Shown here: positions 9,102 through 18,587 of the stretch, in pieces
How positions within the stretch are numbered: the first letter of the stretch is position 1
Layout of the letters: each line of letters starts with the position of its first letter
Assembly (NCBI GenBank): GCA_043812035.1
Contig: JBDRMR010000072.1
Coordinates: forward strand, 1-58,357
DNA length: 58,357 nucleotides
Direction of reading: 5' to 3'
DNA from: Candidatus Omnitrophota bacterium
GTDB lineage: Bacteria > Omnitrophota > Gorgyraeia > Gygaellales > JAHJCI01
The notes under the pieces: model-generated
Database searches by the model: none
What the model saw: the letters and a program-made list of their open reading frames with translations, nothing else
Told to the model about the DNA's origin: nothing
Made by a program: the position numbers and the translations under genes

Positions 9102-10407
9102 GGCTCACCGAAGGATAGGTTATACGGGAATGATAAATACTCGTTAAAAGACGGATAAAAATTCCGGAGATTTTTTCAAGGTCCTTCAGGGCTAGTTCGC
9201 ACTCGTCAAGCTGTCCGTCGATAAATTTGTTGTTGACTATCTTGTGCACCTCTTGCTCAATCCTTCCGGGGGTGGGCTCTCTTAAAGCGCGGGTTGCCGC
9301 TTCTACGGAGTCGGCCAGAAGCACGATTGCCGTCTCCTTGCTGTTGGGCTTCGGGCCTGGATAACGGAAACCCTCCTCCGAAATCACTTCGTCTTCCTCT
9401 CCGTTCTCCAGGGCGCGGCGGTAGAAGTAATAAACCACGCTCTTGCCGTGATGCTGGCGGATAAAATCCGTTATTCTCGGATTAAGGCGGTAACGCCGCG
9501 CCAGAGCCTCCCCTTCCTTTACGTGGTTTATAATAACCAACTTGCTCATCGACGGAGAAAGCTCCTCGTGCTTGCTTACGCTCAAATTCTGGTTTTCGCT
9601 GAAGTAGTCCGCCTTCTCAATCTTGCCGATATCGTGGTAATAGGCGCCGATTCTTGCCAATAAAGAATTCGCTCCTACCGCCTCGCAGGCCGCCTCCGAG
9701 AGGTTGCCGACGATGAGGCTGTGGTGGTACGTCCCGGGCGCCTCCAGCATCAGCCTCTTGAGAATCGGATGATTGAAGTCGGACAGCTCTAACAGGCTGA
9801 TATTGGTTACCCGTCCGAATATGTATTCAAATACCGGCAGCAATCCTACGACAATAATGCCGCAGAAAATCCCGTTAAGGAAAAAATATACGTAGGGGTT
9901 GGCGTTATTTACGACCCTGAAATCCCGGATGAACAACCAGGTGAACGCCTGAAATATGCCGACAATGAATCCGGCGCGTATAATCTGGGAGCGGCGGCGG
10001 ACGTTAACCAGAAGGACGGTCGAAGCAGTGGCGCTGACCAAAAATAAAACAGCCGCGTCCAGGCCTCTGAATTCTATGGCCAAAGGCAGGCCGCAAGCCA
10101 GGATCATCAGGAGCGAAATCATCAAATCCTGCCACAGGATGATTACTAACATCGGGATTAAAGAAAACGGTACGTAATAAATCTCCAAATTATTTTCAAA
10201 AGACCAAAGCCCGATGGCAAAAATTATGAGAAAAAGAAGAGACAGGTGCAGGAAGCGGCAATCTGCGGGTTTGCGCTCCTTCCATGCTTCCCAGTAAATA
10301 AAAATACTAACCAATATAAGGGGGATAAGCAGATTGATGTTCAGGACAAGACAGTAAAGAAAAGAGCCCGCGACGACTACGCTATTTTTTATGACTTGCT
10401 TTTTCAT
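9019..10407 (-). CDS. membrane HD-domain phosphohydrolase (PgpH/YqfF-like, 7TM plus HD, no large extracellular domain)
   Basis: 462 aa. Multiple TM helices, then AYYHDIGK and IRQHHG HD motifs. The C-terminal tail overlaps the ybeY start by 83 nt. Confidence 0.8.
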   Translation of the reverse strand: MKKQVIKNSVVVAGSFLYCLVLNINLLIPLILVSIFIYWEAWKERKPADCRFLHLSLLFLIIFAIGLWSFENNLEIYYVPFSLIPMLVIILWQDLMISLLMILACGLPLAIEFRGLDAAVLFLVSATASTVLLVNVRRRSQIIRAGFIVGIFQAFTWLFIRDFRVVNNANPYVYFFLNGIFCGIIVVGLLPVFEYIFGRVTNISLLELSDFNHPILKRLMLEAPGTYHHSLIVGNLSEAACEAVGANSLLARIGAYYHDIGKIEKADYFSENQNLSVSKHEELSPSMSKLVIINHVKEGEALARRYRLNPRITDFIRQHHGKSVVYYFYRRALENGEEDEVISEEGFRYPGPKPNSKETAIVLLADSVEAATRALREPTPGRIEQEVHKIVNNKFIDGQLDECELALKDLEKISGIFIRLLTSIYHSRITYPSVSRADNHRKSTKENSRPQEKSKRNSSQDS

Positions 10408-11260
10408 ATGCCTCGATAATCTTCTGCACGAGCTCGTGCCTGACTATGTCGGAACCGGTGAGATAAATAAATTTTATGCCCTCGATTTCGCTTAAAAGCT
10501 CCTGGGCCTGAAGCAGGCCGGTAGGTTTCCCGCCGGGAAGGTCGCTCTGGGTTATATCGGCGGTAATTACCGCTTTAGAGTCAAATCCGAGGCGCGTCAG
10601 GAACATCTTCATCTGCTCGGCGGTGCAATTCTGGGCCTCGTCGAGAATTATGAAGGCGTCGTTCAGCGTCCTTCCCCTCATGTACGCCAGCGGAGCGACT
10701 TCAATAATCCCGGTATCTACATACCTATCTATAACATCCGGTTCCATCATATCGTAAAGGGCGTCGTAAAGCGGGCGCAGGTAAGGCGAAATCTTTTCAT
10801 ATATATCCCCGGGCAAAAATCCTAAAGATTCGCCCGCCTCTATGGCCGGTCGGGTCAGAATTATCCTGCGAATTAAGCCTTTTTTAAGAGCCTCCTGCGC
10901 CTTCCAGACCGCAAGATATGTCTTGCCTGTCCCGGCCGGGCCGACGACAAAGACAATATCGTACTTGTTTATCGCCTCAACGTAGAGCCTTTGACCTTTC
11001 GTCTTGGGGGCAATGCTGTGCACATGAGTTTGCATCGTAGTTACTTGTTCGGCTTTGCCCGACCTTAACGAACCGATGAGCGCCTCAAGCAGCGCTTCCG
11101 CTCTGCGAACGTTTTTGGAGCTGCCCTTGAGCTTGAGTTTGTCCCCCCGGGAAAAAATCTTAACGTTACATTCCTCTCCGATTGTCCTCAAGTTCTTATC
11201 CCGGGTCCCGAACAGCGCCTGGGCTTCCTGAATATTGCACAGAGGAATAACTCTTTCCAT
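10382..11260 (-). CDS. phoH: PhoH-like ATPase
   Basis: 292 aa. Walker A GPAGTGKTYLAV; IILDEAQN. Confidence 0.9.
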   Translation of the reverse strand: MERVIPLCNIQEAQALFGTRDKNLRTIGEECNVKIFSRGDKLKLKGSSKNVRRAEALLEALIGSLRSGKAEQVTTMQTHVHSIAPKTKGQRLYVEAINKYDIVFVVGPAGTGKTYLAVWKAQEALKKGLIRRIILTRPAIEAGESLGFLPGDIYEKISPYLRPLYDALYDMMEPDVIDRYVDTGIIEVAPLAYMRGRTLNDAFIILDEAQNCTAEQMKMFLTRLGFDSKAVITADITQSDLPGGKPTGLLQAQELLSEIEGIKFIYLTGSDIVRHELVQKIIEAYEKASHKK

Positions 11261-11824
11261 TTATTTCTCCCCCGCCACCTCCTCCACAGGAATCTCGATA
11301 ACCTGCCCCGGATAGATACTGTTGGGGCTCTTTAAAACCTCCCGGTTAACTTCGTAAATCTCCTTCCATCGCTTGGTTGTGCCGTAAAAATTCCTGGAGA
11401 TTTCCTGGAGAGTATCCCCTTTCTTAACCGTATATTTCTTCATAACCACCGTCTGGGACTTGGGCGGTTTAACCACTACGGATTTGATTCCGGAAGCGGC
11501 GGACGGGGTTTTCTGGTTAGCTTCTTCCGCAGCCGAAGGAACGTAAACGGCAGCCTTCGGCTTGGCGGCTTCCGCTTCAGCCGCAGGCGGTTCTGCCTCT
11601 ACCTTTATAGGATGTAACTCTATCTCGAATACCTGAACTTTACGGGTGCTCTTTTTAGACTCGCCTTCGGCGGCTTTAGGTTTACCCGTAAGATAACCGC
11701 GGTTGCCTTCGGCCAACTCCTGGTCAACCCTTTCTTTCACCACGGGATAAGTCCTTACCACGCAACCGCTGATTGCAAAACTCAAAAATCCGCCCAAGGC
11801 AAACAGAGCCAATTTCTTATACAT
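11261..11824 (-). CDS. LysM-domain lipoprotein
   Basis: 187 aa. Lipobox ISGC, an Ala/Glu/Pro-rich linker, and C-terminal LysM YTVKKGDTLQEISRNFYG...IYPGQVIEIP. Confidence 0.8.
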   Translation of the reverse strand: MYKKLALFALGGFLSFAISGCVVRTYPVVKERVDQELAEGNRGYLTGKPKAAEGESKKSTRKVQVFEIELHPIKVEAEPPAAEAEAAKPKAAVYVPSAAEEANQKTPSAASGIKSVVVKPPKSQTVVMKKYTVKKGDTLQEISRNFYGTTKRWKEIYEVNREVLKSPNSIYPGQVIEIPVEEVAGEK

Positions 11825-13229
11825 CTTTCGCCTCCTTTTTTATTTCCAAGCCTAACTCCTCCAACTGAGCTTTATTAACAATGGACGGCGCGTCGGTGAA
11901 CGGACACCAGCCGCTTTGAGTCTTAGGAAATGCGATAACTTCGCGAATGGTATCTTCGTTCGCCAGGATGCTCGTGAATCTATCCAATCCCAAAGCAAAT
12001 CCTCCGTGCGGCGGAGCGCCGTACTTCAGCGCCTGAAGTAAAAAACCGAATCTCGATTCGGCCTCCTCTTGGTCTAAGCCGATAATCTTAAATATCTTTT
12101 CCTGAAGCTCAGGCTTATGAATCCTGAGCGAACCCGAGCCGATTTCCGAGCCGTTTAAAACCAGGTCGTAAGCGAGCGCCTTTACGTCTTTATATGAGCC
12201 GTTCAGCTCTATGTCTTCGTTTGCGGGAGCGGTAAAAGGATGGTGTTCGCTGAGCCAGCGGTTTTCGGCTTCGTCATATTTAAACAGAGGGAAATCAATT
12301 ACCCAGACAAAAGCGAGCTTTTCGCCCCGGCCCGCTTGTCCCAACGGGGCTTGCCTCAAATCAGGCTTATCGGTCTGGTAGCGTTCCATCGCCTCTTCAT
12401 ACTTAAGGCGGGGGAAAGGGGTAACTATGCGCAGGTTAAGAATCCGCTGAAAAACATATTGCAGCAGATGCTCGATTAAATTAAAGATATCCTCCTGATG
12501 AATAAAAGACATCTCCAGGTCTAATTGCGTAAACTCAGGCTGGCGGTCAGCCCGTAAATCCTCGTCGCGAAAACAGCGGGCAATTTGATAATACCGGTCT
12601 GCTCCGGCAATCATAAGGATTTGCTTGAATAGTTGTGGAGACTGGGGAAGAGCGTAAAAATGTCCCGGCGATAATCGGGAAGGCACGAGAAAATCCCTGG
12701 CACCCTCCGGAGTGGATTTGGTAAGCATAGGAGTCTCTATCTCGGCAAAGCCTTGTTCATTTAAAAAAGCCCGCATAGCGGAATAAATATTGTGTCTTAG
12801 CAGTAGATTATCGAGAGCTTTTTTCCTGCGCAAATCCAGATAGCGGTACTTAAGCCGGACTTCGCTGCCCGCGATTGCGTCTTCTTTGATTTCGAAAGGA
12901 AGATTGGCGCAAGTATTTAAAATGCTCAATTCATCCGCGGGAACCTCGACTTCTCCGGTAGGTATCCTGGGATTCTCGGTCCCTTTAGGCCGGCGGTTTA
13001 CTTTTCCCTGAACGAGAATTACAAATTCAGCGCCTAATTCTTTGGCCTGAGCGTATACCTCTTTGTTTAGGCCCGGAGCGAATACCACCTGGGTCAGCCC
13101 GTATCTGTCTCTTAAATCGATGAAGATGATTTTCCCGTGGTCGCGGCGGGAAGCCACCCAGCCGCACAGGGTTACTTTGCTGCCGATCTGGTCCGCCGTT
13201 AATTGTCCGCAGGTATGTGTGCGCAACAT
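11817..13229 (-). CDS. aspS: aspartate--tRNA ligase, bacterial type but lacking the GAD insertion domain
   Basis: 470 aa. MLRTHTCGQLT, FRDEDLRADRQPEFTQLD (motif 2), GGFALGLDR (motif 3). DKPDLRQAPLGQAGRGEKLAFVWVIDFPLF joins the two core halves directly. Confidence 0.9.
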   Translation of the reverse strand: MLRTHTCGQLTADQIGSKVTLCGWVASRRDHGKIIFIDLRDRYGLTQVVFAPGLNKEVYAQAKELGAEFVILVQGKVNRRPKGTENPRIPTGEVEVPADELSILNTCANLPFEIKEDAIAGSEVRLKYRYLDLRRKKALDNLLLRHNIYSAMRAFLNEQGFAEIETPMLTKSTPEGARDFLVPSRLSPGHFYALPQSPQLFKQILMIAGADRYYQIARCFRDEDLRADRQPEFTQLDLEMSFIHQEDIFNLIEHLLQYVFQRILNLRIVTPFPRLKYEEAMERYQTDKPDLRQAPLGQAGRGEKLAFVWVIDFPLFKYDEAENRWLSEHHPFTAPANEDIELNGSYKDVKALAYDLVLNGSEIGSGSLRIHKPELQEKIFKIIGLDQEEAESRFGFLLQALKYGAPPHGGFALGLDRFTSILANEDTIREVIAFPKTQSGWCPFTDAPSIVNKAQLEELGLEIKKEAKDV

Positions 13230-13230
13230 T

Positions 13231-14496
13231 CTATACCTTAACCTTAGCCTTCTGTTGATATATCATTAATTCTTTTATTAAATTGTCTTCCCTGACTTCC
13301 TCCTGCGCTCCGGTAACCATATCCTTCAAAGAAACCACACCCTTAGCCAATTCATCCTCGCCGATAATTACGCAAAATCTCGCGCCCAGTTCATTAGCCT
13401 GGCGCATCGCGCCTTTTAGAGAGCGTCCTGCGTAATCAGTATCGGAGGGGATATTATTTTCGCGCAAAACATGCAACAACTCCGTTCCCTTTGTCTCGGC
13501 TTCCCTGCCCAGCGCTATCACATAAACTAAGCTCTGATTTTTCTGCGCTGCCTTGCTGCCCCTTGCAAGCAGGAGCCTTTCAATTCCAAAAGCAAAGCCG
13601 ATAGCCGGCAGTTCCCTGCCGCCAAGCCTGCCTATCAAGTTATCGTAGCGGCCTCCCGCGCCTATCGCGTCCTGGGCGCCCAGCCTGGCGTGCCTGACTT
13701 CAAATACGGTCCGCGTGTAATAATCGAGGCCTCGGACAAGATAGGGCAGCGACTGATACGAAACTCCTGTCGACTCCAACCCTTCGATTAAAGATTGAAA
13801 ATGCTGCCGGCAGTCAGAGCAAAGATGGTCATGCTTTAACTCTAAACCGCTTACCACCCTCTGGCAATCCGGATTCTTGCAATCCAAAATCCGAAAGATA
13901 TTGCGGATATAGCGGTTCCGGCAATCCGGGCAAAGTTTCGGCAGCTCACTCTTTAATTCTTTCCGCAGGACTTTAGCCAGCCTTGCCTTGTCTTGCGCGC
14001 AACCCAAGCTGTTAATATAAATATGATAACCGGTAATGCCTAATTCCCTGAGCAACCTGTCGCTCATTGAGATAACTTCTATGTCTAAGCGGGGGGAGAG
14101 GCTGCCGATTGCTTCGATTCCCAGATGGTGAAATTGACGAAGGCGGCCTTTTTGGGGACGCTCGGCCCTGAACATCGGACCAAAATAATACAGCTTACTC
14201 GCCTGACTTGTTTTGTCTAAATTATTCTCCAAATACGCCCGCACTACCGCTGCGGTCCCTTCCGGCCGCAAAACCAAATGGTCTTTGCCGTGAATAACTT
14301 CAAACATCTGCTTCTGGACAATCTCGGTAGTTTCGCCTAAGGAATGGTTAAATAAAGATGCTTTTTCTAGGACAGGAGTTCTTATTTCTTGATATCCGTA
14401 AAGGAAAAAAACCCTCCTGGCGACCTCTTCAATTTCCTGCCAGGAGGAGGAATCTTGCGGTAGAATATCCTGTGTGCCCCGCACACGCTTAAACAT
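13231..14496 (-). CDS. hisS: histidine--tRNA ligase
   Basis: 421 aa. RGTQDILP, FRAERPQKGRLRQFHHLG and GGRYDNL motifs. Confidence 0.95.
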   Translation of the reverse strand: MFKRVRGTQDILPQDSSSWQEIEEVARRVFFLYGYQEIRTPVLEKASLFNHSLGETTEIVQKQMFEVIHGKDHLVLRPEGTAAVVRAYLENNLDKTSQASKLYYFGPMFRAERPQKGRLRQFHHLGIEAIGSLSPRLDIEVISMSDRLLRELGITGYHIYINSLGCAQDKARLAKVLRKELKSELPKLCPDCRNRYIRNIFRILDCKNPDCQRVVSGLELKHDHLCSDCRQHFQSLIEGLESTGVSYQSLPYLVRGLDYYTRTVFEVRHARLGAQDAIGAGGRYDNLIGRLGGRELPAIGFAFGIERLLLARGSKAAQKNQSLVYVIALGREAETKGTELLHVLRENNIPSDTDYAGRSLKGAMRQANELGARFCVIIGEDELAKGVVSLKDMVTGAQEEVREDNLIKELMIYQQKAKVKV

Positions 14497-14521
14497 AAAC
14501 CTCGCTTGTCCTCTCTTAAAA

Positions 14522-14794
14522 CTATTTAATTCTTTTTTTCATTTCCAGTCCTGGCCTGAAAACAACACTTTTGCGTGCGGGAACCGGAACAACTTCGCCT
14601 GTACGGGGATTTCTTCCGGTGCGGGGTTTACGCTGTTTTATTTTAAAAACGCCGAAATTCCGCAGTTCAATCTTCTCTCCGCGCACCAATGCGTCCAAAA
14701 TGCAATCAAAAGTAGCTTGCACAATTTTTTTTATCTCAATCTGCTTTAGGTTCGTCTGGTCCGCAATCCTGAGCACTATATCCTTTTTTGTCAT
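14522..14794 (-). CDS. HU/IHF family DNA-binding protein
   Basis: 90 aa. RNPRTGEVVPVPARKSVVFRPG beta-arm motif. Confidence 0.9.
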   Translation of the reverse strand: MTKKDIVLRIADQTNLKQIEIKKIVQATFDCILDALVRGEKIELRNFGVFKIKQRKPRTGRNPRTGEVVPVPARKSVVFRPGLEMKKRIK

Positions 14795-14848
14795 TATCGC
14801 TCCCTCCTGGTTTTGTTACGTAAGTCTCTGTCTTATTATAACTAATAT

Positions 14849-14877
14849 ATTCTAATAAATAAAAGGTGCGGGGTCAA
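14849..14877 (-). promoter_or_regulatory. putative sigma70-type promoter of the HU-like gene
   Basis: Minus-sense TTGACC (14877-14872), 17-nt spacer, TAGAAT (14854-14849). Sits about 55 nt upstream of the start; strong SD CCAGGAGGGAG. Confidence 0.5.
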
Positions 14878-15080
14878 GAAAAATCGCTTTCGCGAAGCTT
14901 CTGGCGATTTTTCTTGATCCTGAGGCCGATAGGACGAGATTCTTCGCGAAGTTTACCCTAGAGCGAAGCGAAGGGCTCAGAATCGTCATCGAGTCCTGAA
15001 CGACCCTTCGGCAGGCTCAGGGTCGTCCTGAGCGAAGCGAAGGACGAAGCGAAGGGCGAAGGATCTTCGGGGGGTCTGGC
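14878..15080. repeat. composite intergenic repeat block (AAATCGC hairpin plus GCGAAGG-word element)
   Basis: gaaaaatcgc...gcgatttttc hairpin at 14879-14914. acgagattcttc...tcctgagcgaagcgaaggacgaagcgaagg at 14935-15054 is shared with 48802-48876. Confidence 0.8.
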
Positions 15081-15085
15081 GCTGG

Positions 15086-15856
15086 TCAATCGTTCTCTTG
15101 TTTTAACCTGTTAAAGAAGCTCTTCCAGGGAAATCTCGTGCCGGGGCATTCGGTATTTGCTCCGGACACCTGGCTGTGGCCCATAATATTTTTCAACGGT
15201 ATGCGGTAAAATCTCCGGAGTACGTTCACCAGGTAAACTAACGAATCCATCTGTTTCTGGGGAACATTCTCCTGACTGTAATTACCCACCAAACAAATCC
15301 CTATCCCATTGTAATTCATACCTCCTGCCTTACAGTGCGCGCCGTTCTGTTGATTAAGCCAACGGGGCGAAATTTCGATATATCCCCCGGGTTTACCTGC
15401 GCTGCCGTTATCGATAACAAAATGATAACCCAGACCGTCAATGAATCCCCTTCGCTTATGAGCGTTGTAAAAGGTGAGGGCATTGCCCACATCTGTAGCG
15501 CTGTGGTGGATGACAATGTATTTCCATTTGTTTGAAGGATATAGAGGGATTATGGAGCTAGCAGGCAAAGCCTGGGGTATAAGGAGCCTTTGCCCCATGC
15601 TTAACTTGTCTTTATCGCTCAGGTTATTTGCCCGCATAATATCTTCGATTCTCACATCGTAAATCTTGCCTATCCTCCACAAAGTCTCTCCTGGAGCCAC
15701 GGTGTGAAAGATATCGTGCCTGATTAATTCCGGAGCAAGAGGATAAACCGTTGCAGGCTGCGGCTTGAGCGGAGCTGTCGGGATAGTGGCGCACGAAGAA
15801 AGAAACAAAAGGCTCGCGCCGGTAATAAATAATTCTATGAATTTATTTATTCGCAT
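15086..15856 (-). CDS. LysM-domain N-acetylmuramoyl-L-alanine amidase (amidase_2/AmpD-like)
   Basis: 256 aa. Signal/lipobox LSSC, LysM HTVAPGETLWRIGKIYDV, amidase_2 core YIVIHHSAT...GAHC. Confidence 0.85.
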   Translation of the reverse strand: MRINKFIELFITGASLLFLSSCATIPTAPLKPQPATVYPLAPELIRHDIFHTVAPGETLWRIGKIYDVRIEDIMRANNLSDKDKLSMGQRLLIPQALPASSIIPLYPSNKWKYIVIHHSATDVGNALTFYNAHKRRGFIDGLGYHFVIDNGSAGKPGGYIEISPRWLNQQNGAHCKAGGMNYNGIGICLVGNYSQENVPQKQMDSLVYLVNVLRRFYRIPLKNIMGHSQVSGANTECPGTRFPWKSFFNRLKQEND

Positions 15857-16632
15857 CGGACTAAATTAATAAAATCCTGCAAAGACAGTCGCTCTCCCCG
15901 GATGTCCCTGTTAATGCTGTATCTTTCAAAAAATCGGTTTAATTTTTTATGAGAAACGACTCCGGAAAGCGAATTTCTTAACATCTTTCTCCTTTGTTGA
16001 AAACTTGAGCGAATAATTTTAAACAGCCTCTTCTCAATTCTTGCATCCAGAGGCAATTTCTCTTTGATATTTAATTTTACAAAAACAGAGTCTACCTTAG
16101 GTTGAGGCCAAAAGCAAGTTTTTTTTACAAAAAATTGTATTTGAGGTTGCGTGTAATATTGCAAAAAGCAGCTAAACGCGCTCCAATCGGAACTTCCCCG
16201 GGAAGCGGCCATCCTCCGGCCAAATTCTTTCTGAACCGTAATATATATACATTCTATTTTATCGCGATATTTGAGTAAATGTACGATTATCGGCGTGGTG
16301 ATGTTATACGGCAAATTTCCTATTACTTTAATCCTGGGCACGCTCTCAAAGAATCTTGCGATATTAAAGCGCAATATATCGAGGTTGATTATTTTAACCC
16401 GAGGAAAATCCGTTAGGTTGCTTTTAAGGGCCGTGCATAAGCGGGGGTCGAACTCCAGGGCAAAGAATTTCTCCGTCTTCTCTGCGATTAGCCTGGTAAG
16501 CTCTCCCCGGCCCGAACCTATTTCAAGAACGGTATCATCAGGCGCGATTTCGCACGCCTTGATGATTTTGCGTCGGATATTCCCGTCGATAAGAAAATGC
16601 TGCCCCAATCGCTTACTCGGCCTGAACCGCAT
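15847..16632 (-). CDS. rsmA: 16S rRNA (adenine1518/1519-N6)-dimethyltransferase
   Basis: 261 aa. KRLGQHFL, EIGSGRGELT, GNLPYNITT. Confidence 0.95.
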   Translation of the reverse strand: MRFRPSKRLGQHFLIDGNIRRKIIKACEIAPDDTVLEIGSGRGELTRLIAEKTEKFFALEFDPRLCTALKSNLTDFPRVKIINLDILRFNIARFFESVPRIKVIGNLPYNITTPIIVHLLKYRDKIECIYITVQKEFGRRMAASRGSSDWSAFSCFLQYYTQPQIQFFVKKTCFWPQPKVDSVFVKLNIKEKLPLDARIEKRLFKIIRSSFQQRRKMLRNSLSGVVSHKKLNRFFERYSINRDIRGERLSLQDFINLVRCE

Positions 16633-16639
16633 CGATAAT

Positions 16640-17647
16640 TTATCTTTTAGCAGATTTGGCGAATAACGAACTCTTCTTTAAATTATTAGTGCATTCGACA
16701 GCTGTCTTTACCGCAGAAACAAAACTGGCCTCGCTGGCAATATTCTTTCCTGCGATGTCAAAGGCAGTGCCGTGCAAAGGAGAAGTGCGCACAAAACCAA
16801 GACCCAATGTGAGGTTCACGCCCGAATCAGGGTCAAGCGCCTTTAAAGGAATAAGAGCTTGGTCGTGATACATTGCAACTACGGCGTCGACATTCCCTTG
16901 TTTTGCTTTCAAATATGCCGAGTCCGCAGGCAAGGGGCCGAAGACGTCCTTTACAATCATCCTCGCCTGTCTTGCGGCCGGACTAATTTTTTCAATCTCC
17001 TCCCGCCCCAGCAAACCGCCCTCTCCGGCGTGCGGGTTAAAGGCAGCTACGCAAATTTTAGGGCGTGCAACGCCAAAATATTCTCTCAGGGCTATATAAG
17101 TTATAACGATGGTTTTATAAATCGCCTCCCGGCTTAATGCGGAGCTGACCTTTTTTAATGCCAGGTGGCGGGTAACCAGACTCACTCTTAAATATTGATT
17201 AAGCAACATCATTGCCAAATTCCGGCTCTTTTTGCCGAAGGCCCGGGCTAAGAATTCGGTATGTCCTGCGTATCTGTAACCGGCTAAATTTATTGCCTGT
17301 TTAGAAATCGGCGCGGTAATCAAACAATCGAGCTCTCTATTCTTTATTAACTCTACCGCCTTTTTCAGATAATCAATTGCTGCCTGACCAAACTCCCTCC
17401 TTATCTTGCCAAACTTAAAATTTTTCCTGGGGACATTATTTAAATCTATAAATTTGAAACTTGTGACTTGCCTGTGCCCGTGAGGGTATGAATTGTGACC
17501 TGTGACTTTATCAAACACCCATTTATCCCCGATTACCGCGATTTCGCCCAATCGGTTTATCCCGGGCCCGGACAGCGCTTTAGATATTACTTCCGGCCCG
17601 ATGCCCGAAGGATCGCCCATGGTTATGCCTATCTTAATAGGACGCAT
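16640..17647 (-). CDS. pdxA: 4-hydroxythreonine-4-phosphate dehydrogenase
   Basis: 335 aa. ITMGDPSGIGPE, GHTEFL, AMYHDQALIP. Confidence 0.9.
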   Translation of the reverse strand: MRPIKIGITMGDPSGIGPEVISKALSGPGINRLGEIAVIGDKWVFDKVTGHNSYPHGHRQVTSFKFIDLNNVPRKNFKFGKIRREFGQAAIDYLKKAVELIKNRELDCLITAPISKQAINLAGYRYAGHTEFLARAFGKKSRNLAMMLLNQYLRVSLVTRHLALKKVSSALSREAIYKTIVITYIALREYFGVARPKICVAAFNPHAGEGGLLGREEIEKISPAARQARMIVKDVFGPLPADSAYLKAKQGNVDAVVAMYHDQALIPLKALDPDSGVNLTLGLGFVRTSPLHGTAFDIAGKNIASEASFVSAVKTAVECTNNLKKSSLFAKSAKR

Positions 17648-18587
17648 ATTCCTTTTTAATCTCGATATAGGCCTTGGACATTAATTCGTCCAGCCACTCC
17701 TTCAGAGCCTCTTTCATTTTTTTCTCAAAAAGATATTTGCTTATTTCGCCCTGCACCTGACTGAGAGATGATTCCCCGGACGGCCGAATATCTTTAACTT
17801 CGAATATGTAATTATTATCTTCTAAACTCATAAGCGGGGAAACCTTTCCCTTATTTAAATTAAAGACTATCTCGGCAATCCGGCCGCTTAGCTGCTTTGA
17901 AGTAACCCATCCCAAATCCGTTATTTCCAGCGAATAGACAGCGGCTATCTCGTCCAAATTCCCGTAATTAAAAACCAGATGCTTCAATTCATCGGCTATT
18001 TCCGGGTCTCTCACGATTAAAAATCTTACCCATCTGAGCTCCGGTTCTCCGAAATCCTTGCTGTGAGCATTATAATATTCGGTAACTTCTTGCGGCTTCA
18101 CCGCAACCTTGCTCTTTATTTTTTTGTCGATTATTTCGAACATAAGAAACTGCTCCGTAATCTTTGTTTCGATGTCGGCCAGGCTTAACCCCTGGGAAGT
18201 CAGATCTTCCAGGAAATCCGCCTCGCTGGCATACCCTTTTTTTATCTGCCCTACCCTCGCATCGATCCTGCTTCGGCCAACCGATATATTCTCTTTATAA
18301 GCCGTCTGCAGAATGAGCCTGTCCTCGATAAGGCGGCTTATCAAATCGGGCATCATCTGATTCACTCTCTGCTCGACTTCTTCTTTGGAATACTGCCCCG
18401 ATAACTGTATTTTCATAAAATTGATAAAATCATTAAGGTCCTTTTGAGTTATTATCTCGTTGTTGACGATAGCCACTACGCCGTCCCCGGCTGAGCTGAA
18501 CGGGCTCCATGAAACTGAAAATAAACTTACCAATATCAAGAAAATTGCCCTCTGCAACAACCTTAATGAAAATTTTTTTAATTTCAT
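17634..18587 (-). CDS. surA: SurA-like periplasmic chaperone / parvulin-type PPIase
   Basis: 317 aa. Signal peptide, SurA N-domain VVAIVNNEIITQKDL, degenerate rotamase domain. surA-pdxA-rsmA order matches E. coli. Confidence 0.7.
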   Translation of the reverse strand: MKLKKFSLRLLQRAIFLILVSLFSVSWSPFSSAGDGVVAIVNNEIITQKDLNDFINFMKIQLSGQYSKEEVEQRVNQMMPDLISRLIEDRLILQTAYKENISVGRSRIDARVGQIKKGYASEADFLEDLTSQGLSLADIETKITEQFLMFEIIDKKIKSKVAVKPQEVTEYYNAHSKDFGEPELRWVRFLIVRDPEIADELKHLVFNYGNLDEIAAVYSLEITDLGWVTSKQLSGRIAEIVFNLNKGKVSPLMSLEDNNYIFEVKDIRPSGESSLSQVQGEISKYLFEKKMKEALKEWLDELMSKAYIEIKKEYASY

